Source: Mobula hypostoma
Taxonomy: Eukaryota
NCBI RefSeq assembly: GCF_963921235.1
Contig: NC_086097.1
Coordinates: 135,286,001-135,350,000 of the forward strand
Length of the DNA stretch: 64,000 bases
Direction of reading: 5' to 3'
Shown piece after piece: positions 49,701 through 62,820 of the stretch. Position 1 is the first letter of the stretch, and each line of letters starts with the position of its first letter. The notes under the pieces are model-generated. The model had not been told where the DNA came from. It was given only the letters and a program-made list of their open reading frames with translations, and did not search any database. The position numbers were made by a program, and so were the translations under genes.

Positions 49701-50859
49701 CTACCAATAACCATAATGATGAGAATCTATTTTGGAAATATGTCAAGGATAAACATTAGCTTGGACAATAGGGATAACGGCTCCACTTTGCCTTCCTTTG
49801 CTTATATCTACGCAAGAGGTAATATGCCTCCATAGATTAACTATCATATCACCAGAGAGCAATGAAATTCATTGGTATTTGTGTGAGGCTAACAGAGCAA
49901 ACAATAGTCATGCTAGCAGTGCAAACAATAGTCATGCTAACAGTACACACAACAATAATTACAAGGACAAGTGCAAATAGACCAGAATGGTGCAACAATC
50001 GTAATTCAAAGTGAAGACGCAATAAAAATCGCTGAAGTGCAAACAGAAGAATAACAGAGGTAGAGTTAAGAATACGAGAATGTGGCAACACCACAAGAAT
50101 GGGGTGTGAAAGAGGGGCTTGTTCATTCCTTCAGTGTTGTATTCTCACAGTACTAAAGTATCAGTCATTTCAGTACTACAAAGTCAGAAGTGGGAGTTGA
50201 ACCCACAACTTTCAGCTCGGAGGTGAGAATGTTTCCTGCAGAACACTTCCTGGCATAATATATAGGTTCATAACAGAACCACTCTGCAAAGAAAATATTC
50301 ACTTGAAACCATTTAAAAATCATATCAGGACCTTAGGGCCATTAACAATGAGGCAACAATCAATGGGACATGTAAAGCAATATAACATGTGAACAGCAGC
50401 ACCTTCAGCAGGTAAGTGAAACAGGTGATTGGTTCAGGAGTCTCACAGCAGTGGGATACTGAGAAGACCCACTGAAAAAATACAGAGGGCAACCATTGAA
50501 CTTCACGTTAATTCCAAAGTCCCTACAGATAATTAGATAATTCGCAATCACACATTGTACTCTTCATTCATTTCTAACGAAATCGAGGACAGTCTCTCAG
50601 TGGGAGTGGAACAAACTATTAAAGTGACAGGCAACTGACACCCTTGCTGCTTGATGGACCTATTCTGTAAATACAGATTATTTTCTGTGTTTGATTTGAG
50701 ATTATGCCACAGGACTTGAGTTCACACAGAATCTTTATGTATTTATAATAGAGTCTGGAAGAATTCTGTTATTAACAGAACATCCTTCAGTGTGTTATCC
50801 ATTGGTGCAAGACTGAAGCTTGCATCCATGGTTTGTTTTATGCAAATATCAGCAAGCAT

Positions 50860-53730
50860 TAGAAACATAGAAAAACTACAGCACAATATAGGCACTTCGG
50901 CCTACAATGCTGAATATGTACTTACTTTAGAAATTGCCTAGGGTTACCCATAGCCCTCTATTTTCCTAAGCTCCATGTACCTCTCCAAGAGCCTCTTAAA
51001 AGACCCTATTGTATCCGCCTCAACCACCGTCGCTGGCAGCCCATTCCACGCACTCCACCACTCTCTGCGTAAAAAACTTACCCCTGACATCTCTGTACCT
51101 ACTTCCAAGCACCTTAAAAACTGTGTCCTCTCATGTCAGCCATTTCAGCCTTGGGAAAAAGCCTCTGACTATCCACAGGATCGATGCCTCTCATCATCTT
51201 ATATGCCTCTATCAGATTACCTCTCATCCTCCGTTGCTCTGAGGAGAAAAGACCAAGTTCACTCAACCTATTCTCATAAGGTATGCTCCCCAATCCAGGC
51301 AACATCCTTGTAAGTCTCCCCTGCACCCTTTCTATAGTTTCCGCATCTTTCCGATAGTGAGGTGACCAGAACTGAGCACAGAACTCCAAGTGGGGTCTGA
51401 CCAGGGTCCTATACAGCTGTAACATTACCTCTTGGTTCTTGAACTCAATCCCATGATTGATGAAGGCCAATACACCGGAAGACTTCTTGACCACACAGTC
51501 AACCTGCGTAGCAGCTTCGAGTGTCCTTTGGATTCGAACCCCAAGCTCCCTTTGATCCTCCACACTGCCAAGAGTCTTACCATTAATACTATATTCTGCC
51601 ATCATATTTGACCTACCAAAATGAACCACCTCACACTTATCTGGGTTGAACTTCAAATGTCACTTCTCAACCCAGTTTTGCATCCTATTGATATCCCACA
51701 GCAACCTCTGACAGCCCTCTACACTATCCAAAACACCCCCAACCTTTGTGTCATCAGCAAATTTACTAATCCATCCCTCCACCTCCTCATCTGGGTCATT
51801 TATGAACATCACAAAGAGAAGGGGTTCCAGAACAGATCCCCGAGGCACACCACTGGTGACCGACCTCCATGCAGAACATGAGCCGTCTACAACCACTCTT
51901 TGCCTTCTGTGGGCAAGCCAGTTCTGGATCCACAAAGCAAGGTCCCCTTGGATCCCATGCCTCCTACCTTTCTCAATAAGCCTTGCATGGGGTACCTTAT
52001 CAAATGCCTTACAGAAATCCATATATATTACATCTACTGCTCTACCATTAATGTGTTTAATCACATCCTCAAAAAATTCAATCAGGTTCATAAGGCATGA
52101 ACTGCCTTTGACAAAGCCATCATATTATACCACTCCAAATGGTCATAAATCCTGCCTCTCAGGATCTTCTCCATCAACTTACCAACCACTGAAAGACTCA
52201 CTTTTCTATAAATTTTCTGGGCTATCTCTACTCCCTTTCTTGAATAAGGGAACAACATCTTCAACTCTCCAATCCTCTGAAACTTCTCCCGTCCTCATTG
52301 ATGATGCAAAGATCATTACCAGAGGCTCAGCAATCTCTTCCCTCGCTTCCCACAGTAGCCTGGGGTACATCTCCTCCGGTCCAGGCGACTTATCCAACTT
52401 GATGCTTTCCAAAAGCTTCAGCACATCCTCTTTCTTAATGTATACATGCTCCAGCTTTTCAATCCACTGTCAGTCATCCCTACAATTGCCAAGGTCCATT
52501 TCCGCAGAGAATACTGAAGCAAAGCATTCATTAAGTACCTCTGCTACCTCCTCCGGTTCAATATACGCTTCTCCACTGTTACACTTGATTGGTCTGATTC
52601 TCTCACGACTCATCATCTTGTTCTTCACATACTTGTAGAATGCCTTGGGGTTTTCCTTAATAATGCTCGCCAAGGCCTTCTCATGGCCCCTTCTGGCTCT
52701 CCTAATTTCGTTCTTAAGCTCCTCCCTGCTAGCCTCATAATTTTCTAGATCTCTATCATTACCTAGTTTTTTGAACCTTTCGAAAGCTTTTCTTTTCTTC
52801 TTGACTAGATTTTCAACTGCCTTTGTACACCACGGTTCCTGTACCCTACCTCATTTCCCTGTCTCATTGGAATGTACCTATGCAGAATGCCATGCAAATA
52901 TCCTCTCAACATTTGCTACATGTCTGCCGTACATTTCCCTGAGAACATCTGTTACCAATTTATGCTTCCTGTCTGATCGCTTCATATTTCCCCTTACTCG
53001 TTTTAAACGTTTTCCTAACTTGTCTGCTCCTATACCTCTTGAATGCTACGGTAAAGGAGATAGAATTGTGATCACTATCTTCAAAATGCTCTCCCACTGA
53101 GAGACCTGACACCTGACCAGGTTCATTGTAGGCTTGTAGGCTCATCTACATATTGTGTCAAGAAACCTTCCTGAACACACCTAACTAACTCCATCCCATC
53201 TAAACCCCTTGCTCTTGGGAGATGCCAATAAATCTTTGGGAAATTAAAATCTCCCACCGCAACCCTGTTGTTATTACTCCCTTCCAGAATCTGTCTCCCT
53301 ATCTGCTCCTCGATGTCCCTGCTGCTATTGGGTGGTCTATAAAAAAACACCCAGTAGAATTATTGACCCCTTCCTGTTTCCAACTTCCACCCACAGAGAT
53401 TCAGTAGACAATCCCTCCATGACTTCCTCCTTTTCTGCAGTCATGACTATCTCTGATCAGCAGGCCACACTCCCGCCTCTTTTGCCCCCCTCCCTGTCTT
53501 TTCTGAAACATCTAAAGCCTGGCACTCTTAAGTAGCCATTCCTGCCCCTCAGCCTTCCAAGTCTCCGTAATGGCCACAACATCATAGCTCCAAGTACTGA
53601 TCCACGGCTCTAAGTTCATCTGCTTTGTTCATGATACTCCTTGCACTAAAATAGGAACATCTCAAACCATCAGTCTGAGCACATCCCTTTTCTATCACCT
53701 GCCTATCCTCCCTCTCACACTGCCTCGCCT
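50860..53730 (-). mobile_element. CR1 LINE ORF2 (APE-RT), 5'-truncated
   Basis: ORF pieces 53123-53350, 52470-52673, 51660-52091 (KFADDTKVGG) and 51114-51656. Confidence 0.93.
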
Positions 53731-53774
53731 GGCTATTGTTAAAATAAAATGTAGCAGACCAAGTTTTTTGAAGT

Positions 53775-55825
53775 GAAGTGGTTTTTACTTCAGTGGTTGG
53801 TAAGTTGATGGAGAAGATCCTGAGAGGCAAGATTTATGAACATTTTGGCAGACATAATATCATTAGAAATAGTCAGCATGGCTTTGTGAAAGGCAGGTCG
53901 TGCCTTATGAGCCTGACTGAATTTTTTGATGATGTGACTAAACACATTGATGATGGTAGAGCAGTAGATGCAGTGTATATGGATTTCAGCAAGGCATTTG
54001 ACAACGTACTCCATGCAAGGCTTATTGAGAAAGTAAGGAGGCATGGGATCCAAGGGGAAATTGCTTTGTGGATCCAGAACTGGCTTGCCCACAGAAGGCA
54101 AAGAGTGGTTGTAGACGGGTCATGTTCTGCATGGAGGTCGGTCACCAGTGGTGTACCTCAGGGATCTGTTCTGGGACCCCTTCCCTTCATGATTTTTATA
54201 AGTGACCTGGATGAAGAACTGGAAGGATGGGTTAGTAAATTTGCTGATGACACAAAGATTGGAGGTGTTCTGGATAGTGTGGAGGGCTGTCAGAGATTTC
54301 AGCAGGACATTGATAGGGTGCAAAAATGGGCTGAGAAGCGGCAGATGGAGTTCAACCCAGTTGTGAGGTGGTTCATTTTGGTAGGTCAAATATATTGGCA
54401 GAATATAGTATTAATGTTAAGACTCTTGGCAGTGTGGAGGATCAGAGGGGTCTTAGAGTCTGAGCCCATAGGATACTCAAGGCTGCCGCGCAGAATTACT
54501 CTGTAGTTAGGAAAACATATGGTGCATTGGCCTTCATCAACAGTGGGACTGAGTTTAGGAGCCGAGAGGTAATGTTGCAGGAGAAGAAGATGGTGGTGAG
54601 ACGGCAGCATGTGCAGCCACTTCGGTGGTGATATCTGTTATCTGTCAAGTAGGGGACCGTGCACAATTCTGATTTGACGGAGACAGACGTGAGAGCACAG
54701 AGGAACATCTGGAAAACTTCTGAAATGCCCGCTTCGCTGCCGCTGCTACTGTGTGGTAACCGGAATCTCCAGAGCAGAAGGCCCCGAAATCCTCGGCTTT
54801 GCGTGTTTCAGCGGCCGGGGCGAGGTCGATGGCGCTCGGGAGGCTGTATCGCAGAGGCTGGTCAGAAGCTCGAAGTTTTCGGATGGATGGACTCAGTGTT
54901 GGCTGTGGTCAGCTGCTTCCGAGGCATTGGCACGTTGACGGTGCCTGGGGGTTTATGGCAGGGAGTTTCTCCCTTTTGCCGCCTGCTATCGGGGACTTGG
55001 AAGTCGGTTGACTCTGGGACTTTTGAGACTTAATTTACCGTGCCCATGGTTTGTTCTTCATCAAATTATGGTATTGCTTTGCACTGCTGTAACTATATGT
55101 TATAATTATGTGGTTCTGTCAGTGTTAGTCTTTGGTTTGTCCTGTTTTCTGTGATCACTCTGGAGAAACATTGTATCATTTCTTAAAGCATGTATGCATT
55201 TCTAAATGACAATAAAAAGAGGACCGAGTGTTCTCATCATCTAAAAAGAGTGTTCTCATAATCTATATAGGACCCTAGTCAGACCCTACTTGGAGTACTG
55301 TGCTCAGTTCTGATCGCCTCATTATAGGAAGGATGTGGAAAACATAGAAAGGGTGCAGAGGAGATTTACAAGGATGTTACCTGGACTGGGGAGCATGCCT
55401 TATGAGAATAGTTGCATGAACTTGGCCTTTTTTCCTTGGAGCGACAGAGGATGAGAGGTGACCTGATAGAGGTGTATAAGATGATGAGAGGCATTGATCG
55501 TGTAGATAGTCAGAAGTTTTTTCCCCAGGGCTAAAATGGTTACCATAAGAGGACAGAGGTTTAAGGTGCTGGGGAGTAGGTATAGAGGAGATATTAGGAG
55601 TAAGTCCCCCCCCCCAAACAGAGAGTGGTGAGTGCGTAGAAAGGACTGCTGGCAACGGTGGTGGAGTCGGATACGATAGGGTCTTTTAAGAGACTCCTAG
55701 ACAGGTATATGGAGATCGGAAAAATAGAGGGCTATGGGTAACCCTAGGTAATTTCTCAGGTAAGGACATGTTCGGCACAGTTTTGTGGGCTGAAGGGCCT
55801 GTATTGTGCTGTAGGGTTTCTATGA
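53775..55825 (+). mobile_element. CR1 LINE RT/3' end, inverted relative to the previous copy and interrupted at 54581-55262
   Basis: ORF 53778-54506 ([28 protein letters not shown]). CR1 resumes ctatataggacc at 55263. Confidence 0.93.
54581..55262 (+). mobile_element. Non-coding ~680-bp LINE-mobilised element (probably Rex1-dependent)
   Basis: Cleanly interrupts CR1 (gttgcag|...|ctatatagg). CpG-rich 5' part starting GAGAAGAAGATGG, then gacaataaa and an aatct-type tail. Confidence 0.7.
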
Positions 55826-56081
55826 AGTACTCAGACCACCTGATTGCAAGAGTGCTGAATGGGTTTAAAAAGGAGGAAGAAAATTAAGAGACAGAAGAAT
55901 GGGCAGAAGAGGAGAAAACAGCAAAAAAAAAAGCAGGGGATGGCTGTGTACGTAGTTCTGTTGAAAAGGTATATTTTAACATTTAAATAGAATAATTTTA
56001 AAAAGAAAACAATGTTAAAACTAAATTTACAAGTAACAGCAAAGTTTGGAAAATAACACAATCTACAAGAGTTTAAAATAC

Positions 56082-56261
56082 CTCAAGGTCTTCTTTTATA
56101 TTGCAATGAAGCAGTGGAACTCGAGAACAAATTAAATAGGCTGCTACTGCCATCAACAGGAAGGATGGATGATTGGAAAAAATGTTGTCAAACAGCTTCA
56201 GCCACTCGTTTCTTGTCAGTACCTCAGAAAACAGTGTCTCAAGAAGCGGCCAAGCATAGGA
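56082..56261 (-). CDS. tbc1d31: TBC1D31 coding exon
   Basis: 180 nt, cag/gtattt, SYAWPLLETLFSEVLTRNEWLKLFDNIFSNHPSFLLMAVAAYLICSRVPLLHCNIKEDLE. Confidence 0.95.
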
Positions 56262-56319
56262 CTGTTGACAGAAGCAAGAACAGCAATCTTAGAAATGTTA
56301 CTCAGATAAATAACAAATG

Positions 56320-57490
56320 AAAAAGAAGTCATTCTATTGGGACTTGGACATATTTCAGAACTCTTCAGTTCTGTTAGTACTGTTTGTTGATTATACCTCA
56401 CCATTCAACAGCATCACCCCCTCACTACTAATAACCTACCTTAAACCCTGGGCCTCTATATCTCCCTTTGCAACTAGATCCTTGAATTCCTTAACTGGGA
56501 GATCACAATCAGTGCAGATTAGTAATAAGATCTCCTCCTCGCTGACCATCACAGATGTGCCCCTTACTACACTGCTCTACTCTCTCAACACTCATGACTG
56601 TGTGGCTAAGCAAACCTCAAATGTCATCTGTAAGTTCACTGACAACACCGCTGATGTTGACAGAATCTCAGGTGGCAATGAGGCAGATTATGGGAGTGAA
56701 ATCGGCGGTTTCAGGGGTGTTGCAACAACAAACTCGCACTCAACCAGCTACACCAAGGAATTGATAGTCAATTTGAAGAAAGAGAAATTGGGAGAGCATG
56801 CACCGTCCTCATTGAGGGGTCAGTGATGGAAAGGGTGAGCAGTTCAAGTTACTGAGTCAACATCTTGGAGGATTTATCCTGCGCCCAACACATGTAGAAG
56901 GCACAAATGGCTCTACTTTGTTAGGAGTTTGAGGAGATTTGGTACACCACTGAAGACTGACTAACCTCTATGGATGTACAAACAAGAAAAATCTGTAGAT
57001 GCTGGAAATCCAAGCAACACACACAAAATGCTGGAGGAACTCAGCAGGCCAGGCAGCATCAATGGAAAAGAGTAAACAGTCAACGTTTCAGTCCTGATGA
57101 AGGCCTGAAAGCATTCAGACTGGTTACATCATGGAATGCTGTGGAAGCTCCAATGCACAGGATTGCAAAAGGCTGCAGAGTTTTATACTCAGCTAGCTCC
57201 ATCCCCACCAAAGAACATTTTCAAGAGGCAGTGCCTCAAGAAGGCAGGATTCATTCAGAACCCTCACTATCCTTTTCTCATTACTACCATCAAGGAGGAA
57301 GTAAAGAAGCCCAAAGACCCACAGTCAATGATTTATGAACAGCTTCTTTCTCTCCATCATCCCTTTTTGGACTATTTATTCACTTTTGTAATTTATTCAT
57401 ATATATTTCAATGTCTTTGCACTGTAATGCTGTCACAAAACATATTTCACACATCATACATCACTAATAATAAATATGATTACAATTCTC
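56320..57490 (+). mobile_element. Degraded Rex1/Babar LINE with a Penelope-tail insertion at ~56980-57110
   Basis: LFVDYTSPFNSITP, KFTDNTADV and TKELIVN motifs; Penelope pLTR sequence inside. Confidence 0.8.
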
Positions 57491-58027
57491 AATGAGAAGA
57501 ACATAGTACTTTGAAAATTAAACTAATTGTGCTGATTTGACATTCTGGGGTAATTTCATACAATTTACTGAAAACTGGATCATTATATTTAATACTGGAA
57601 CATATAGCTTTGAAACTGGCATTTGAGCTTACATGATGAAAAATAGTTATAAGATGCAAGTTTCCTTTTTATCTATAAAAAGATAGTGAAATAACCTTGC
57701 ACAGGTTATTTATAATCAAAATGATATCGTAACACTTGTAAAAATAAAAAGTACTCAGATTCAACATTAAATTTCTGATCTGTTCATGAGACTATGGGAA
57801 AAAAAAACTACTGTGGGAATGTCACTCAAGTAAAATAGGAAGCTTTTTTATGGTTTGTATCTAGGTACCTTGGACTAAAGAATGGGTTTCTTTGGAATTC
57901 AGTTCTATGCCTGGTATAGAACTCTACACTATACTCTGCATTACAGCCACGATGTGTTTAGCAAAACGTCATAAACACACAATAGAAGATAATCTGCTCA
58001 ATCAAAATTACTTAAATGCTTAACTAC

Positions 58028-58161
58028 CTGTGAGGTTATGTTGTAGTTCACCAAATGCTGCAATAGCTCCTTGTCATGGTGGGCCAGAATGTTCTCAATC
58101 ATACCCAGGAGATTTATTGGAGGATTTGGAAAATATTCAAACCAATGCTGGCACCAGTTTA
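58028..58161 (-). CDS. tbc1d31: TBC1D31 coding exon
   Basis: 134 nt, tttttag/gtagtt boundaries, (V)NWCQHWFEYFPNPPINLLGMIENILAHHDKELLQHLVNYNITSQ. In frame with the previous exon across a 111-nt intron. Confidence 0.95.
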
Positions 58162-58272
58162 CTAAAAATGTAAAGTTAACATTCAGTTAACATTCGCAGT
58201 TTTACATTCAATATCAAAACTTTAGTTTAAAAAATGAAGTAACTAATCAAAAGTGCTTCCCCTCCTACTTAC

Positions 58273-58406
58273 CTATGACAGTAGCAACAACTTCAAACCC
58301 AATCAACTGGTTATTCTGAAAGAGTTTTACAAACGGGAATGCTAGTAGTGGAAGATAAGAGACTTCACTAAAGATGGTTGACCAATGAGCCATAGCCGAC
58401 AATATC
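58273..58406 (-). CDS. tbc1d31: TBC1 domain family member 31 (WDR67), internal coding exon (TBC domain); earlier exons not found in the window
   Basis: AG...GT-bounded 134-nt exon translating ILSAMAHWSTIFSEVSYLPLLAFPFVKLFQNNQLIGFEVVATVI. Matches remembered human TBC1D31 (LSALAHWSVIFSDTPYLPLLAFPFVKLFQNNQLICFEV). Confidence 0.95.
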
Positions 58407-59539
58407 CTGATGAACAAAAACAGTGTAATAAATTAAAATAATAATTTTATTTCCTTTCAATTGAATCTCTCTGCAATGGACATGGTTTCTGAAACTCAAT
58501 CATGTCTATAGTACCTTTCCAAAAGAGATTAAACCACCTCCTAATCTATGATAATGATCAAATTAATTCAGACTATAAAGAACAGTTCAACTTTTCATGA
58601 AAAGGTTATGTAATTTTTTATAATAAGTAAGAGCCCAAATCAAATCTAACTGTAATACTAATGCAATTATCCTAATTTAAATCTTATCAATGGGTAAGAA
58701 GTGACTGCATGGGGAGAAATTCATCTCTAGTACTAAATAATTACATCAGTTAAACTCACCCTCACTGAAAGGCCAGACTCATGCACTGCCTTGGAGCTAG
58801 ATTTCTTTCCCAAAGCATCCACCCTCATTAGACATGGAATTTCACCACCCATAAACTGGCAGTGGGTTGTCTTAGGAATTGGAATCCCTAACACAGTTCA
58901 TAACCTTGGGAAGGAACAATTTGAGCACTTGAATTGATCTGTTATATTTTCTAAATTGCTCTCATTCTGACTGAGAAACTATCCATTCAGTTCAATCTGA
59001 AATAATGCTCCCTCAACCTTTGGTATATAGAGTGCTCCCCATAGTTCACTTCATCTGCCAAATAATGTGATGAATTAGACTCATTATTTTACTTCTATTC
59101 ATAGATATACACAACTGTATCCAGCATTTATCAATGATCTAGTTATTATAAATCAACAATTATTGGGATGGCCTCAGATAACTCATTTAATGCTGACCTA
59201 CTGTAGTTATTTTATAATTGTACACCTAGGAAGCATATTTCATTATGGATTAATTATTTCATATAAACAAAATGGTCAAATTTTTCCTCCCTTCTTAAGT
59301 CAATGCTTGTGATTAATGGTGCAGCCGCACAGTGCTAGACAGGAAATTCCAAAGTGGTGACGGAGAGACAGTGAATGCTGGAAAAACACTCAGCATTTCA
59401 GGCAGCATCTTCGAGAAGAGAAAAAGAGGTAATGCTTTCATCAGCAGTGGGAAAAGTTTAAACCGAGCATGGTGTAGAGCTGGTGGAGAGAACCAGCTAT
59501 GGCATGACGAAGAGAGATTAAATGTGAAAACAAAATATT

Positions 59540-60055
59540 AAGACCATAAGATATAGGAGTAGGATTAGGCCATTTGGCCCTTCAAGTCTGTACCGCCATT
59601 TGATCAGGGCTGATCCATTTTCCCCCTCAGCCCCAATCTACTGCCTTCTCCCCATATCCTTTCATGCTCTGACCAATCAAGAATCTATCAACCTCTGCCT
59701 TAAGTATACATAAAGGCTTGACCTCCACAGCCACCTGTGGCAAAGAATTCCACAGATTCACTACTCTGTAGCTACAGAAATTCCTCCTCATCTCCATTCT
59801 AAAAGGACATCCCTCTATTCTGAGGAAGTGTCCTTTGGTCCCAGGTTCTCCCACCATAGGAAACATCCTCTCTACATCCACTCTATAAAGGCCTTTCAAC
59901 ATGTGATAGGTTTCAATAAGGTCATCTCTCATTCTTCTGAATTCCAGTGAATACAGGACCAGAGCCATCAAAAGTTCTTCATATGACAAGCCGTTTAAAC
60001 CTGGAATCATTTTCGTGAGGCTCCTTTGAACCCTCTCCAGTGACAGCACATCCAA
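59540..60055 (-). mobile_element. CR1 LINE 3' fragment
   Basis: ORF 59627-60055: LERVQRSLTKMIPG...RVVNLWNSLP. Confidence 0.9.
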
Positions 60056-60454
60056 CTGCTGACAGTGTGGAGGAGAATGAAGATTGTGGAAAGAACAAGC
60101 AAAAATAAGGCTAAAACCAAAAGATAATAAAATATTTCAGTTGCTGAAAATCTGAAACAAACAGTTAAGGCACTACAATTTGGAAGTGAAAAAATGAGTG
60201 AACATTATACTGTATGTTGATGGCATACAGAGATAGCCAGTCACAAACAGAGAATGCCGGTTACCTGAAGGTGTTGACTTCAATGTTATTTATGGGACAT
60301 GGCATGCCAACATGGAAGACTAGATCCTGATTCTTGGGCTCACATGTATGCTGTCTGAGTATTCCCAAGACTTCTTTTTTCAGTAATACAGCATCTGCAA
60401 TTTTTTTTTGCCTTTTGATTACTTGTCAGCATTAAGGGATGGCTTAGACCACGA

Positions 60455-62820
60455 GACATAGAAGCAGAATTCAGACATTCGGTCTATCAAGTCTGCTCTG
60501 CCATTCTATCATGGATGATTTATTTTTCCTCTCAACACCATTCTTCTGCCTTCTACCCTCTACCCATAACCTTGCACACCTTGACTAATCAAGAACATAT
60601 CAACCTCTGCTTTAAATAAACCCAATAACATGGCCTTCATAGCCGCCTGTGGCAATGAATTCCACAGATTCATTATCCCCCGCTGAACAAATTCCTCACT
60701 GTTCTAAATGGATGTCCCTCCCTTCTGAGGCTGCACCCACTGGTTCTAGACTCACCCACTGTAGGGGAAAAGCCTTCTCTACATCCCCTCTATCTAGGCT
60801 TTTCAATATTTGATTGGTTTCAATGGGACACCCCACCCCCCACCAATTCTTCTCACCTCCAGCAAGTACAGGCCAAGAACGTCAAACACTCCACATATGT
60901 TAAGTTGCTAATTTCCAGAATCATTCTCATGAACCTCCTCTGGATCCTCTCTAATGCCAGCACATCTTTTCTTAAAGAAGGGGCCCAAAACTCTGACCAA
61001 TGCCTTCTAAAGCTTCAGCATTACATCCTTGCTCTTATATTCTAGTCCTCTCAAAATGAATGCTAACATTGCATTTCCCTTCCTTACCACTGACTCAACC
61101 TGCAAGTTAACCTTTAGAGAATCCTGCACACAGATTCCCCAGTCCCAAATTGAGTATTTTCCCCTTGTTTAGAAAATCGTCTGCGTTTATTCCTTCTACC
61201 AAAGTGCATGACCATACACTTCCCTCTACTATATTCCATCTGCTATTCTTTGCCCATTTTCCCAATATGTCTAAGTCTTCTTCAGAATCCTTGCTTTCTC
61301 AACACTACCTGCCCCTCCACCTATCTTTGTATCATCTGCAAACCTAGCCACAAAGCTATCAATTTCATCATCCAAATCACTGACATCTAATGTGAAAAGA
61401 AGCAGTCCATATACAGAACACCACTAGCACTGGCAGGCAACCAGAAAAGGTTTCCTTTATTTCCACTCCTTGCCTCCTGCCAGTCAGCCAATCTTCTATC
61501 TATGCTCGTATATTTCCTGTAACACTATGGGCTCTTATTTTGTTAAGCAACCTCATATGTGGCACCTTGTCAGAGGCCTTATGAAAATCCAAGTAAACAG
61601 CATCTACTGTCTCTCCTTTGTCTATCCTGCTTGTTATTTCTTCAAACAACTCCAACAAATTTAACAGGCAAAATTTCTCCTTCAGGAACCATGCTGACTT
61701 TGGATTATTTCAGGGATACTGATTGTGGATGATCAGCCATGATCACAGTGAATGGTGGTGCTGGCTCGAAGGGCCAAATGGCCTACTCTTGCACCTATTG
61801 TCTATCATCATGTGCCTCATCTTTCATAATGGACTCCATTATCTTCCCAACCACTGAGGTGAGGCGAACTGGCTTATCATTTCTTTTCTTCTGCTCCCCT
61901 TTTAAAGAGTGGGGTCACATTTGCAATTTTCCAGTCCTCAGGAACCATTCCAGGATCTAGTGATTCTTGAAAGATCATTACTAAAGCCTCCACAATCTCC
62001 TCAGCTACCTCTTTCAGAATACGAGGGCGTAGTCCATCTGGTCCAGATGACTTATCTACTTTCTGAACATTCAGCTTCCCAAGCACCTTCTCCTTAGTAA
62101 TAGCAACTACACTCACTTCTGTCCCTGAAACGCTTGAATTTCTGGCATACTGCTAGTGTCTTCCACTGTAAAAACTGACGCAAGATACTTAATCAGTTTG
62201 TATGCCATTTCTTTGTGCCTCATTACTACCTCTCCAATGTCACTTTTCAGTGGTCCAATATCCACTTTCACCTCTTTTTCTCTTAATATATCTGAAAAAA
62301 AAACATTTTGCCTTCCCTTTTATACCATTGGCAAGCTTACCCTCATATTACTGCTTTTTTAAGTTGCTTTCTGTTGGGTTTTTTTAAAAGCTTTCCAATC
62401 CTCTAATTTCCCACTTACTTTTGCTATATTACATGCCCTCTCCTTTGCACTTATGTTGTCTTTGGCTTCCCTTGTCAGCATTGGTTGCCTCATCCTTCCT
62501 TTAGAATACTTCTTCATCTTTGTGATGTATCTATCCTGTGCCTATCAAAAGGCTCCCAGAAATTCTAGCCACTGCTGTTGAGCCATCATCCTTGCTAGTG
62601 TCCCCTTCCAGCCAAGTTTGGCCAGTTTCATGCCTCTGTAATTCTCTTTACTCCACTGTAATAATGATACATCTGACTTTAGCTTCTCTCTCTCTCTCAA
62701 ACTGCAGGATGAATTTTATCATATTATGATCACTACATCCTAAAGTTTCCTTCACCTTAAGCTCCTTAATCAAATCTAGTTCATTACAAAGCACGCAATC
62801 TAGAATTGCTTTTCCCCTCA
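60455..62820 (-). mobile_element. Degraded CR1 LINE ORF2, with a short opposite-strand CR1 tail at ~61711-61805
   Basis: KSSGPDGLRPRILKEVAEEI and EDWKIANVTPLFK motifs plus CR1 3'UTR. Confidence 0.88.

Larger units (their letters stand above)
47790..49800 (-). mobile_element. Old L2-type LINE 3' remnant hosting two later insertions
   Basis: ASLHWLTVSFRINFKILLIVYKAVNNLAPLY and DAEKLVHTF are typical L2 C-terminal motifs. Confidence 0.75.

Noticed and set aside
49888..49944. 24-bp unit repeated about 2.4 times
   Set aside because: Simple local tandem duplication with no spacers; not a CRISPR or functional array.
51748..52638. 296-aa plus-strand ORF, and similar antisense ORFs over LINEs
   Set aside because: Antisense shadow of CR1 ORF2, not an independent gene.
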